A stretch of DNA of 64,000 nt from Utricularia gibba. Its lineage: Eukaryota > Plantae > Magnoliophyta. The DNA lies in contig NEEC01000017.1 in assembly GCA_002189035.1 (NCBI GenBank), positions 496,001-560,000 on the forward strand. The letters are read 5' to 3'. The position numbers and the translations under genes are program-made. Numbering within the stretch: position 1 is the first letter of the stretch; every line of letters begins with the position of its first letter. Below the pieces are notes generated by a model. It worked only from the letters and a program-made list of their open reading frames with translations, made no database searches and had not been told where the DNA came from. This document shows positions 12,451 to 24,835 of the stretch, one piece after another.

Positions 12451-15400
12451 CCCATGGTATGATGAGTTTCGTGTTCAAAACTTCAACTTCTTAACTTCTT
12501 GTTTCGTTCTAGATAAATGCCCAAGCTGCGAAATGGATTCAATGCTCCAGTTCCATGTTCCTGATCAAATGTATGCCTTTTAATCGAATTTATTGTGTAA
12601 CTCAATTTCTTTTTTCATTCCTATCATAACAAATGGCGCTCTTGCAGCACGGCTGGTATCTTGATTTCTGTTCCCTTGTCTTTTTTCTTGTTCTGCATTC
12701 ATATCCCAAATCTCATTAATGGTGTAACACCCCCTTCAAAGATATGTGATGATTTCAAGAAATATCCTATTCCTTCCTTTGTAGAGAACCTCATGTATGG
12801 CGTCAAGAAAACTATCATCATGAAGAAAAAAAGAGACCCTCCATTGAGCTATCAAGCTCCCCCTCCGCATGTAGAAGGTGTAATCTTTTCCCTCTTTCAC
12901 ATATGTTGATTCTAGATGATATTGAGTACCGAAATAAGCGAACTGGGATAATTAGATTTTTGCGAGCTACGAAACGCTCAATGGGCTTATGAATTCTTCG
13001 GTGGCATTTGCAGCTTTTTTATTGTTTCTGGTCTTCTCTGTTGCTTCCAACTTTCCTGAATTACTGATAACTTTTTTTGTGGGGAGAAGGTGTTGGTGTT
13101 CATCATTTCGTATGGATTCTCCTGTTTGTTAATGTTGGTGAAGGTGTTTGAATGCCAAGTTCTAATTCCACTCTTGCTTGCTTACCTGTTCATACACAGT
13201 GTGATTCTGATAAATGTCATGAGAAGCTATGCAAAGAACCGGTGCATTCTCTGCTAGTTTCATATTTATGACTTGGTTTCTATATGATCCAGTTGCTACT
13301 AAATGGAAAATAAAACAGCATCATGCAAACAAAACTTCTTCATTTTCAACATATTCAGCTCGATGTCTCCGTTTGGTGCAATTTGATTGTGTCCTGATCA
13401 GAGTTGTGGTGCCGGTAGTGACATGATTGGATTCAAGGCTTGGATCAGAGAATGCTCCAACACTAGAATGCTTTGAAGTAGCAAATATCTTCACTACACC
13501 ATAACTCCGGTTCAGGTGATCAGGATCTCCTCCTTGAGAGCATGAAAGAATTTTCTTACTCACAGAAGCAACGATTACAGAGTCTTCAGGAACAGTTGTG
13601 CATACCATATGATAACACTCTAGTTGAAGATGAAATAAATTAGTTTGCATCTCATTTTGTCCAGGAAGCTCTGCCAGCACAGGGGAAGGTGTCTTCTCCG
13701 AAAATTAAACCTGATCAGAGCAATGGAAAGACATGGGCTGGCAGGGTGCTAATCATCAACGGATTTCTGGGATCAGGCAAAACAACACAGATGCAGCCTT
13801 GACCTTGTAACACTGTGTTCCTTGTTGTCCTGTTTCATGGTTACATTTCGCTCAGAAACTTGCTCTTTTTCTGCTAAAACTGCTCGGGCATGCCTGTTGA
13901 ATATCTGGTTTGGAGAAGCGAACAGTTGATTCAGAAGTTATGTCAACTGATACAGTGATGCATTTGAAGGCAACCTTCCTGGGTTCTTCACAAACCAGAT
14001 GGTAATTGTTCTTCATGGGAATACCCTTTGCTGCTGCCTGGATCAACGTTTCCTTCATCATGATCAAACTTCAGAATTATTTTTCTTTAAAAAAACGGGA
14101 ATTTAAAAATATGTTTTATTTTAAATAAATAATGGATTTGAACGTTTATTTTTCATGAACATTTTTCAAACATTATTTTCAAATAAAGATATGATATGTA
14201 TAAGAATTAATTATTATTTTCATTTTCAAAAATAAAAATTAATAAAATATGATGAATTTCTTTCTTTTTTTTTAATATTTGTGTTAATAAAAAAAATAGA
14301 TAAAGCTTATTTTTTAAAATAATTTTTATTTGTACAAATTGCATAACATTTATTTTATTTTATTTCTGTGTTTTATTTATATCATTGACTTTAAACACAA
14401 GTAATTCACATCACGGCATTATAAATTATTGTTTTAAGTCAAATGTGGAACGAGTCCATAACATGAAATCGTTAAAGTGGACCATACCTTGTTGTAGGTC
14501 CCATTCATTTTCATAAAGTAATATATTTTATATTCCTAAAATAAATAAAATTGAGATTTGATCAGGATATTCTAGGATTTGAGTCATTTTCTGAAATAAA
14601 TAAAGTCAACTCCACAATCTTTTTAATCATATTTTTTAAATATTTTTATTAAATTAATTTTCTTAATGAGACGATATATTTTTCTCTATATTTTATGAAA
14701 ATGTATAGTGTTGAAAAAATTGCAAAAGAACATCATTCGAACTAAAGAGTATAATACTCAAATTTCAATACAAAAAAATATCTCGAGTTGTCAAATTGTG
14801 TAACGATTACATACATGATTTTCAAAATTTTTAAAAAATAAACCGATTTATGATACCGTGAAACGACTATGATTTCTAACCTAATAAAATTTCGTATTAA
14901 GATTTTCCAAATTTACGTCTGGAAGTTTGGAGAATCGAATGATACTCTTGTTAGAGTTATACTATACCCATATTTCATATAATTTAAAGTGATATTGGTT
15001 ATATTGCATTCTTGGTTATATGATACATCATTATAACAATATTAAAATCAAAATCAATTAGTTTTAACAACATGAAATATTAAATATGTAATTTTATAAG
15101 TTTTATAACAAACTTTTTATAAAAAAAATTAAATTGAATGATTTATGACATAATTTTAAAATTTAAGAATTACACTTTTTATATTAATTACAATTTTATG
15201 TGAAACTCGCAAACTACATCCATATATTATTTTATGTATATATGTATATATAAATGTTTAATTATTAAAACGACACATCGAGTCAGTCTTCTCTGGATGG
15301 CACTCGGATGGATAGATATGCAGACACGACCTCCGGTGGGAATATGAAATGTTTCGTTGCTTTTTCTTGTATTAATGGAAGTGCTGGTGCGCTCGTTAGT

Positions 15401-15989
15401 CGTCGTAATGAGCGTTGTTGGGTAGGTGGCGGTGGTGGGTCATCGCTGCAATGGACACCGACCGATCATGTGGCGGGGAGGGCCGAGTCAAAAAGGCCCC
15501 CCCATCTCCCCATTCTCTGCTGGAACTCTCAACGACCAACCGCGCACCACTTCATTACATCCTGCGACATGGAGACAACGTGTTTCTTGGGTTCGTTCAC
15601 ACGGGGCGACCCACTTTCCCTGTTCCTGCTTTTCGCGAGAGTTATCCAGTTATGTCATCTTTACGCCATTTATCCATCTCTTTTTTTCTTCTTCGTCAAC
15701 GAAGCTAAACTCGTGCATGCAGTTGCTTTTCACAAAAGATTTTAAGTAATTTGGTAATCTGGGGGTTCTATTCTTGTCTCATGCTTTGGAGGGGAAGAGA
15801 GTGACTGAGCAAAACCACGAAGCATCTCATAACCCTGTACAGATACTGATTGATGGCTTTCCACACACAGACACACACTAGCTCAACTGCTGCACGCCGG
15901 AGAAACGAAGAAGGCGGGCGGGGTGGACTCGGTCGTGGTTGCCTCCTGGATGTCTAGTCTAGTCTAGTCATTGGAAGGTAAGGTCAGTC

Positions 15990-17544
15990 CTAGCCATGCC
16001 TGATCCCCATGAAATAGTTGAAGTCGTGATGCTGGACTCTTAATTGCTTCAGCCAAGAGTCTGCGGCGCTTAATAGGGAGTGGAGCCTCTCTATGTCATG
16101 GCTGCTCTTGTCTGACAACCACATGTTGCCTTGCAGCTTGTACGTTGCTAAGCCGAACGGGGGAGTGTGATCTGGTCCTCAGTCTTCGGCTTCCGGTCAC
16201 CGTTCTCTTCTGAATCGCATTCCTGCTCCGTATCTGTAGAGACTTTGCTTCAGCAAGACTCAGAGGAACACAGAACTCATGAAGCAGGATTGATCATACC
16301 ATCAAAGGAAGACGAAAGGGTGTGATAAGTGAGGAAGCATGTCTGCAAGTCTCTTATGGTTCTCACTGTCGGGATATGATATATGGGATACCTGCTTGGA
16401 TTGAGGCTATAAACTTAGCTCGCCGGGAGTCTCACCGGAAACATTGCCAAAAGGGACTGAACTAACCAGGCTATGGCCATCCAACTAGCCGGTGAAAGGT
16501 CGACGCTTCTCAGAGACATCAATCCGGGGTACCTCTGTGAGAAGCTGTGAATCTGAAAAGATAAATGAACAATAGTATTCACCATAGATCAAGGTTCTGG
16601 AAAAAGGGGCAGCCAATTCAGAGAATAGAATATATTCTACATAGCAAAGCAGTTACCACTAGCAGAATAAAGATGGATAAGAACAACGGACTAACAGAAA
16701 ACTTGTATGAAGAAACAAGTAGTCGTGTGCTGTGTTGATTGCTGTTGAGAAGATCCAAGGGAATTACTTACCTTGTCTGCAAGAGGAACTCTTCCATATG
16801 GAGATGATCTCTCAAAGTACTGAAAGTAGAGATTCCCCAGTCTCTGGTTTGGAAGCAAGAAGCTATCTTGCTCAAATGGCCCTTCTTCTGATGAGCATCC
16901 ATCCCATCGTGACAGCTTCTCACTTTCACTTTCATCGCTGACTGATTCGCTAGATGAGTCCCTTGCTTCACTCGCCATATCCGTCTGATCCCTGGTCCTC
17001 CATCCCAATATCAAATACAGAAAAACCTCAACTCAGACAACTAGCAGTTTTCACATTTCTTCGGAGCGACATAACACAAGGAAGGCACCGTGAGGAAAAG
17101 CGGCAAAGAAAAAGTCTTTTGAGTTACCTTAAACAATTGGCTGGAGAACTGGTGAAGATTTGTATGGCTGAGATATATGGCACGAAATATTGAACTACAT
17201 TTTGGCCGTCGTCGGATCTAATAGGAACCCCAACTCCATAAGCACTACTTTCATCAAAACTCTTCCAAAGATCACCAAGCACGAAGTAGTCTAATTTTTC
17301 CCGTTCCCATGAATACCATAGCCTGTTTAGCTTCTTCCTCTCACTCTAATGAATAAAAAGCAGATAAAAACATGAACGTTCGGATGGAAAACAGCCCAAG
17401 AAACCCATTGATTGAAGGAATCATATCTGTATTGAATGGAAGCGATCAAGATATGATGATATTGAAAGAACAAACCTTGGGCAAGGATTGAGATGGGACC
17501 ACAGGGGTTGTGCAATCCAACAAGCTTTTAAGATTTGTCTGCAT
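15990..17544 (-). CDS. DUF789 family protein, 6 exons; one apparent 1-nt deletion
   Basis: Spliced motifs LDCTTPVVPSQSLPK, LWYSWERE, YFVPYISAIQIFT, YFERSSPYGRVPLADK, LRSVDLSPASWMAIAWYPIYHIPT, DSWLKQLRVQHHDFNYF. One base added at 16159-16163 restores LPPFGLATYKLQG. Confidence 0.88.
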
Positions 17545-20500
17545 CGAAGAAAAGTTTTTGTCAAAGGATCAAATGAATTTGTTTTATCAAGAAACAAAGA
17601 AGGGAAAGGGAGACTGAGTTCGCCCTGAATCTCCCTCCCAATTCTTTTTCAAGGGAACAGGAAAACAAGAAGAAGAAAACAGAGGAATGGCAGAGGAAGA
17701 GAAAAGAATTTATGGGCAGAGGAAGAGAGAAATTATCGGGATTTTCTCTTTGCATGTAAATAGAATACAAGGAAACAAGAATCTGTATTCCGAGGATATC
17801 TAGACAAGAAACCATCTCCAAGATTCATCAAATTCAATCGAAACCCACAGTCAAGCTCAGATTTCAGTCCCCCTTTTTTTCTGATCCACATGACCCAAAA
17901 GGAAATACCACACACACACAAAAGCAACGAAATCATCTTACACCCACAATATCCTCTTCCATTTCTATCCAGAATAGGCGGCATGCACTGCCCAGAACCC
18001 GAAAACGAAGCGTCTTCCTTGTGGTGTGAAAGCGTAGAGTGTAGGGCTTGTTTTGTTGTGAGAAAAACTTCCCACTTGGATCACGCGAACGTAACCAGTG
18101 AACAAAAAGGGAAATAAGACGATGCGGCACAGAAAATCAGGGCTTTCAAGGAAAAAGGAATCAACTTTTGTGGAAAAAGGAGAAAACCAGCCAACCCCAA
18201 GAACCCGTTTCCAGTGGGCCTTCCTCTGCAACGCAATTCAGCACCACAATCACAAGAACTCGGGGACCCTCAAGAACTCAAAACTAAACACACATAAAAA
18301 AAAGTTTCTCTCATTTATTGAGATGATGTCTGCTCGCAAAGATCCGCTCTGTTGCTGCGTCCCGCAAGTTTCCTTCAAGTAAAGCAGTGAAGGCTCCACG
18401 CCCAGACCACTCCTCTCTTTATTCTCCCCACCTTCATTAAACACCCTTCGCGCTTTCCGGTTTCTCTATCATCCCTTGCTTCCGTTACTAATTTCCGAAT
18501 ATCATTTTAATAAAAAAAAATCAAATCAAATTTTGGGAAATTTCAGTGAAATTTTACCGAAATATTCAAAACAATATTTCACATTCGTAATTCAGTGTGA
18601 CCTACCAATTAATATTTTTCGTAATTAAAATATTTTAATTCCAATATTAAAAAAAACTCGAAAACTTGTTGGCAAAGGGTCCACATTACATTCTCACACT
18701 ATGGATCATGGAACCCCTTGATCAAATGCCTCTTTGTGTTCTCCTATGTTTCCTCCTTTTAATATTTTATAAGAAAATGCAACACTAGTTTATTTAAAAA
18801 AATTTTTTTTTCGAAATGCACCACATATGCTCCAATTATACGATATTATCGAATATGAAATCTTAACATTTATCTTTTTATAATTTTATATTGTAAAATA
18901 ACATTGCTCGATGAAGTTCTCTATAAAAATATTTTTTGCAAATCCTTGTTTAGATGTATCAAGAAATAGCAATCTCAAGCGCTCATTATTGATTTGCATG
19001 AGGAGAGTGCGGCAGTTATATCGGGATATGGTCCCTGTGCAAAAATGCGTTAAGAAGTGAATATTATTGGACAAATATGAAACAAGATATTTCTTTGTCC
19101 GAACTTCTAGTTTTTGAGCTTCAAGCTCATCGATTGAAGTTTCTCCTGCTTGTAGGAACCCAACGTAAGGTAACATCCAGTCCTCATAGCAGTCAAGCTG
19201 GGAGAGATGTGACTAGCGGGTCGATGAGATATGTGATTAACTGCTTGTAGATAATTCTTTAAACATGAGTTAGAGACGAGTATACGATTAATAAAATTGT
19301 GCATTTGGAGCATGGTTTGGATGGGGAGTGAAGCAAGCTAAGAGAAAGGTGTAGGGTGTGACATGCATAATTAGATTAATTTCGGATCATTTAGAAAATT
19401 GATCATACGTATATTTTTTCTCACACACTAAATTAAAAAAAAAAAGTATATTACGCGTGGTCACTTTGGTAACACAATAATGAAATGATGACCAAATTTG
19501 TAGTACACATACTCTATGGTTAGGTTAATGAAACTGTGGCATGAGGTTTATGAGTTGGGCGGACCACGCTAACCACTTTGGGGTCACACCCAGCTGCAAT
19601 CAAGGTTTCATTTATTGAACTGCCGCACCCGGAATGGACACAGGAGCACCGGGGGTGGGTGTGCGGGGGCCATTTATAAAAAAAATTATTAACTTTGAGA
19701 AAAAAAAAAGACTATATTTGGTATTTATTTTTTTTATCATTAATATTTTAAAAAAACAGGAACTGGCTGCTTTTCTAAATCATGCCCGTGACCGAAGATG
19801 TCCGTATTCTTACTGGATGGGTCCGAACGTGCAGAAAGAAAATGAGGAGACGGAGACTCAGTCGCTTGGACTCAATCCATAGACAGTCAATACACCTAAA
19901 CATTTGCTTGTTCTTTTTTTTTTTATTGTAACAAATAATTAATTTAATATTATATTTACATTTTTTTTTATTTGGAGGAGTAAAATGGGATTCTTAAACT
20001 ATGTTGGGATACAAAGAGTCAAGCTAGCTCTCAAGTTGAACGAGCTCCCTCGATAGGTCATGCTCTAGTTTGAAATAATCGTGACCCAATTCAAATATCT
20101 CTAGATGAGGTTTATATTGGTTTTTTATGATATTTAAAATTTGATAGTATAATATAAAAAAATCAATATTTAAATTTACATATAGATTATTGTTTGATTA
20201 AATAGTATATGTATTTTAATTTTATGTGATTATATCATTTACATATTTATTTTTTTATCATGTGCGTTGTATAGACAAATGGAAGAGTTTGCTAATTATA
20301 TTTATATTATTTATATACTTAGATTTTTATTTTTAAATATAAAACATTATATATAATTGAATATGTACATACCTAATTATACTTTATTTAAATATATTAA
20401 TATACTACTATTAAACGAATTTTTCTAATAACAAGGTCTTGTATAGTAGCCCGTGTGTATTTGGCCGTTAGACCATTCTAATCTGTCGTACTTAGATTTG

Positions 20501-21667
20501 TAATATATATTAAGAAATTTTGGTAAATGAATTTCTATGTATGACAAAACTATTTCGCTTCGGTTTAGAAGAGTGCATCGTGAAAAGTAAGAATAAATAA
20601 ATAATAAAATAATAATGAAAAGAAAATCATTATGGGCCTAACCCATGTGGTGGTAAAGCCCAAAGGGGAAAAACTGGGCCTTGGGTGGGGGACACGCGTC
20701 TCTTACGCGAGTGGGAAACTTGTTCATAGCAATAATGAAAAAGAATAGCGAGCTAAGGGGAGGTTGTGTCGATATCAGCCGGACAGCACTTGCTACCTCT
20801 ACTAAAGACGCAAAGATACACACTTCTCATGCTCTTGCCATTACTGCACTTTCAAGGATCAAGTTTTTCTGCTCCCGTTTTTCGTCTTTTTTCGCACACC
20901 CAACTGCACTTTCACTCACCTGAGTTGGGGGAATGCACTTGATAGGTGTCACATTCTGCTAAATGTGTCTCCTATTAATGAACGGAACTCCAAAGGTAAA
21001 AAAAATCTCTTACTTTGTCTTGTATGCGGTTCCGCTTCCACGGAATGGGGGTGAAGATTGAATCTTGATTCTGGGTTTGTGGTATTATCAGTTAGAATTT
21101 CTTGCATTCTGTTCGGGTTGTGAGCACACTTTTTCGGTTTACTTTCCGCCCGTCTTGATCTGCTCCCTTCTTTCTTCTTGGACTTATTCTTTCTTTGTGC
21201 CCTCTCTTTTCGCTTTACGTGTTGAACCAAAACTCACCGAGGGAAAGGTGATGGATCCCTTTGGATAGTGTTGTGAACCAAGATTCCGGGTAATCTGAAA
21301 AGCAGATCTCTTGTATTCGGTGCTTTCTGAGTCTGTCATTCCGAAGATCTATGGCTATCCCAACTGAGCCAAGGCTATTACCATAATGGCTTGTTTAACA
21401 TTCAATAATCATAAATGGGGAATCCCTGAAACAACATTGTGTTGTTCGTTTTATCAAATTGAGATCAATTCTAGTAGCTGTTCGTTTCTTTTTTTGGTTA
21501 AAAGTTTTAGCCTTTAAGCGTGAGAGGTTCCTGTTGTGTTCCCAACTATCGAAACCTGCCAGCTGATAAACTTTTTGAGATTCGTTACAGCAGAGTGATG
21601 AAGAAGGAGAAGATTGGCTCTGAAGCTGAGATCTGCTAGATGAGCTGCTGTTTGCGAGGTTGAGAGA

Positions 21668-23328
21668 ATGGGCGGTTGTGTCTCGAAGAACAGTGTGAGT
21701 AAGTGCAGTACCCAGAGCGGCGGGGAGGGAGCTTCTTCCTCATGTTTGATTGCAGATCTTCTCCCATGGCGGAGGCGGGGGTGCTTTTCAGATAATGTGG
21801 CTACGCTGCAAGATTTATATTCAATTCCGAGCAGAATTTCCACCAATGGCAGGGGCAGCACTGCCTGCTTGTTCACTCAACAGGGCAGGAAAGGCATTAA
21901 CCAAGATGCAATGATCGTGTGGGAAGTACGTTCGATTTTCCTTTTGGAGCCCCATCTAGCCCTGTAAACTGCTTGACTAACTTTCTTGATCTTGTTTTCT
22001 TCAGAATTTCATGGCTGAAGATGTCACCTTTTGCGGAATCTTTGATGGACACGGCCCCATGGGCATCTTGTTGCTCGCAGAGTACGAGATGCTTTACCTT
22101 TGAAGCTTTGCTCCATCCTCGACTCCTTGGAGTCCAGCAAGAATGGAAAATGCACCAATTGCTGCAACAAGAATATCAAATCAGACATAGTAGAGCCTGA
22201 CAGCAATGGCTCAGCTGATGAAGAACTTCGATCCTTGTACAAAGAAACCTTCCTAAGATCATATAAAGCCATGGACAAAGAGCTCAGACGTCAGCCCAAT
22301 TTAGATTGCTTTTGCAGTGGCAGCACAGCAGTGACAATCATTAAAAAGGTAGTTTAACAGAAGAACTAACTCTCCACATGGCCTGATTCTAAATTCTCAT
22401 TGATTTTGATTCAAGGGATCAAATCTCTTCATTGGAAACATTGGAGATTCTCGAGCAATAATGGGATCTAGGGACAGCAGTGATTCAATGGTAGCCACCC
22501 AATTGACTGTTGATCTCAAGCCTGATCTGCCAAGTAAGTTATCGACTTCAGGAAGCATTCCTTCTCTGAAGCTTTATGATCCTTGATGTTGTGTTACAGA
22601 GGAAGCGGAGAGGATAAAACGGTGCAAAGGTCGAGTATTTGCTCTAGAGGATGAGCCAGAGGTACAAAGAGTTTGGCTGCCATTTGATGATGCTCCTGGT
22701 TTGGCAATGGCTCGAGCTTTTGGAGACTTCTGCTTGAAGCGGTATGGTGTCATCTCTGTTCCAGAATTCTCACATCGGATGCTCACTAATCGCGACAGCT
22801 TCATCGTTCTTGCTTCTGATGGTGTATGTCTTCTTACCCAGATCATTGTATCTTGAAAAAAGAAGAAAAAATTCCAACTTTGTAACTGTTCATCGGAACC
22901 TGCTGCTGTTGCAGGTTTGGGATGTGCTCAGCAACCAAGAAGTAGTTGACATCGTGTCTCTGGCACCGACACGATCTGCAGCGGCGAGGCTTGTCGTTGA
23001 GGGGGCAGCCCGTGAATGGAGAATCAAGTATCCTACCAGTAAAATGGACGACTGTGCAGTAGTTTGCATGTTCTTGAATGGGAAGATTACTGACTCAGAT
23101 GCTGAACACGAAGACCAGCAAACTCCCCGGAGCAACGACGGGGAGAACTCATCGGAGGTGTATCTTCAAAGGAACTACACCGTCCGGTGCTCCGAGGATG
23201 GCGATCGCCTGACTGTTGACCCAAATGCCAAGTGTGAAGATGATAAGTGGTCTGGGTTGGAAGGCTTGACCAGAGTTAACTCGCTGGTTCGACTTCTGAA
23301 ATTCTCTGGTGACCGTCCCGCGCCATGA
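21668..23328 (+). CDS. Protein phosphatase 2C (clade E, PP2C1/PP2C52-like), 5 exons; one apparent 1-nt deletion
   Basis: MGGCVS N-terminus, TQQGRKGINQDAMIVWE, GNIGDSRA, PGLAMARAFGDFCLK, VLASDGVWDV, KMDDCAVVC. One C added at 22055-22058 restores FDGHGPHGHLVARRVRD. Confidence 0.92.
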
Positions 23329-24301
23329 CTGCTGTTCATCTATCAAGCTAACCTCTGCAACCCGTGTCTTTTCTCTCCCTTTCATTGCAGTGGAGAGAGT
23401 CTTTTACTGTAGTTATCATTGAACAGAAAGCTCTGAAATTCCAGATGCTCTTGGAAGAGCCTGTAAGATTCATATTTGTACTGTGAATGACTTGTTCTTG
23501 AGCAATGTCCAGTCCTGTACTTGGTCTGAAAACCACATGAATGTCTTGGTTACAGTTATTCTTTAGTTCAAGTGTGAAAGAAGAACGGTTACAGTGGGTG
23601 GCACTAATCACCAGCAAGACAAAATTGCAATAGCAGGAAACAAAGAGGACGAATGCAATGTAAGATACAGATTCAACTCACTCATACAGTTGTGCTGATT
23701 CAATGACGCAAATAGGTTATCAACCGGAAACTAGAGTATAATCTCTGTGAAGAACAAGTTATCATTCATCAGAGATTTCGGTTTATCTTTACGCATTACA
23801 AACCAATAGTTCCTGGGGACAAATGCAAATGATCCTCACAGGGAGATCAATTTTCCTGAGGAGAAAAAATGAGTAAGAACTTTGCAAGACAAAAAAATCC
23901 CAAATCCGAATTCAAGGAATCATTGATTCAAAAGGTGTGATGAATATAGCCTCCATCTTTTGCTCATTTTTGGGCTATTGGTCTCATTTAAATCGCACAG
24001 ATGTATTTGTCAAGAGAGAATCCATGTGCTTAATTAGCAACCAGCTGAAACAGTAAATCATACCACATCCAACCTACCAACGACAGTTTTATTGAGCCCC
24101 AAATGGCCATATCTGGAATCCTATACTATTTCTCAAAAGTCATAGAATTTACAAAGCCATCAGATCCAGAAACGAAAGCAGAAAGATGCAAAGCTTAAGC
24201 AAACCAACACGAGTCAAAGTAATCAATCGCCTATGGATCAACGTGAAGCTATGCCATTAACAGAAAAAAGAATCGGGATATTACAAAGTGAATTACCTTG
24301 T

Positions 24302-24487
24302 TCAAAAAATCCGACCCATCCGAATCAGAATGTAGCCGAGGAAACAGACAAAGATACCCAAGAAAAGGTAATCTAGGAAAACGAAGAACGGCGTTGATCC
24401 GTGGCGAATTTTCCCGCAATGTACCTTCTTCGATTCCATGTGGTTGACTTGCTTTTTCTGTTCGGCAGTGGCATCCTGCTTTGCCAT
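24302..24487 (-). CDS. Small single-pass membrane protein (61 aa), uncharacterised
   Basis: MAKQDA...PFFVFLDYLFLGIFVCFLGYILIRMGRIF: charged N-terminus plus one C-terminal hydrophobic helix. A strong donor (AAG/GTAATT) lies just after the stop. Confidence 0.5.
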   Translation of the reverse strand: MAKQDATAEQKKQVNHMESKKVHCGKIRHGSTPFFVFLDYLFLGIFVCFLGYILIRMGRIF

Positions 24488-24671
24488 TGTGTCTTGCCGC
24501 CGGTTTTCTTCGTTACGGTGGCGCTTGCCCAGATACGGAAGTTTGGTCGGTCGATACACAGGAAACTGTGTATTCAGTCATAATTTCTGCATATCCTGCA
24601 AATCTCGGGCAGTTGACCCACCGCCTCCCAAAAATAGAATTGGAAAATGGCATAAAAAACAGGAAAAAGAA

Positions 24672-24743
24672 AGGTCCCACCGAGATTTGAACTCGGGTTA
24701 CTGGATTCAGAGTCCAATGTCCTAACCGCTAGACCATGGGACC
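24672..24743 (-). tRNA. tRNA-Gln (anticodon CTG)
   Basis: 72-nt cloverleaf GGTCCCATGGTCTAGCGGTTAGGACATTGGACTCTGAATCCAGTAACCCGAGTTCAAATCTCGGTGGGACCT with A and B boxes, followed by T-runs (Pol III terminator). Confidence 0.98.
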
Positions 24744-24835
24744 AAGATGATAATTCTTCAACACATTTAATTATATTCTATAAAAAATAATACCATTCTT
24801 TATCAGCGCTCTCCTTCTGTCAAGACTGGTCTCTG

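Noticed and set aside
15596-15640. RGDPLSLFLLF resembling the LINE RT motif QGDPLSP
   Set aside because: No other reverse-transcriptase motifs nearby; probably chance.
18886-19313. Two minus-strand ORF fragments upstream of DUF789
   Set aside because: Non-ATG starts, no motif or splice context; cannot distinguish from TE debris.
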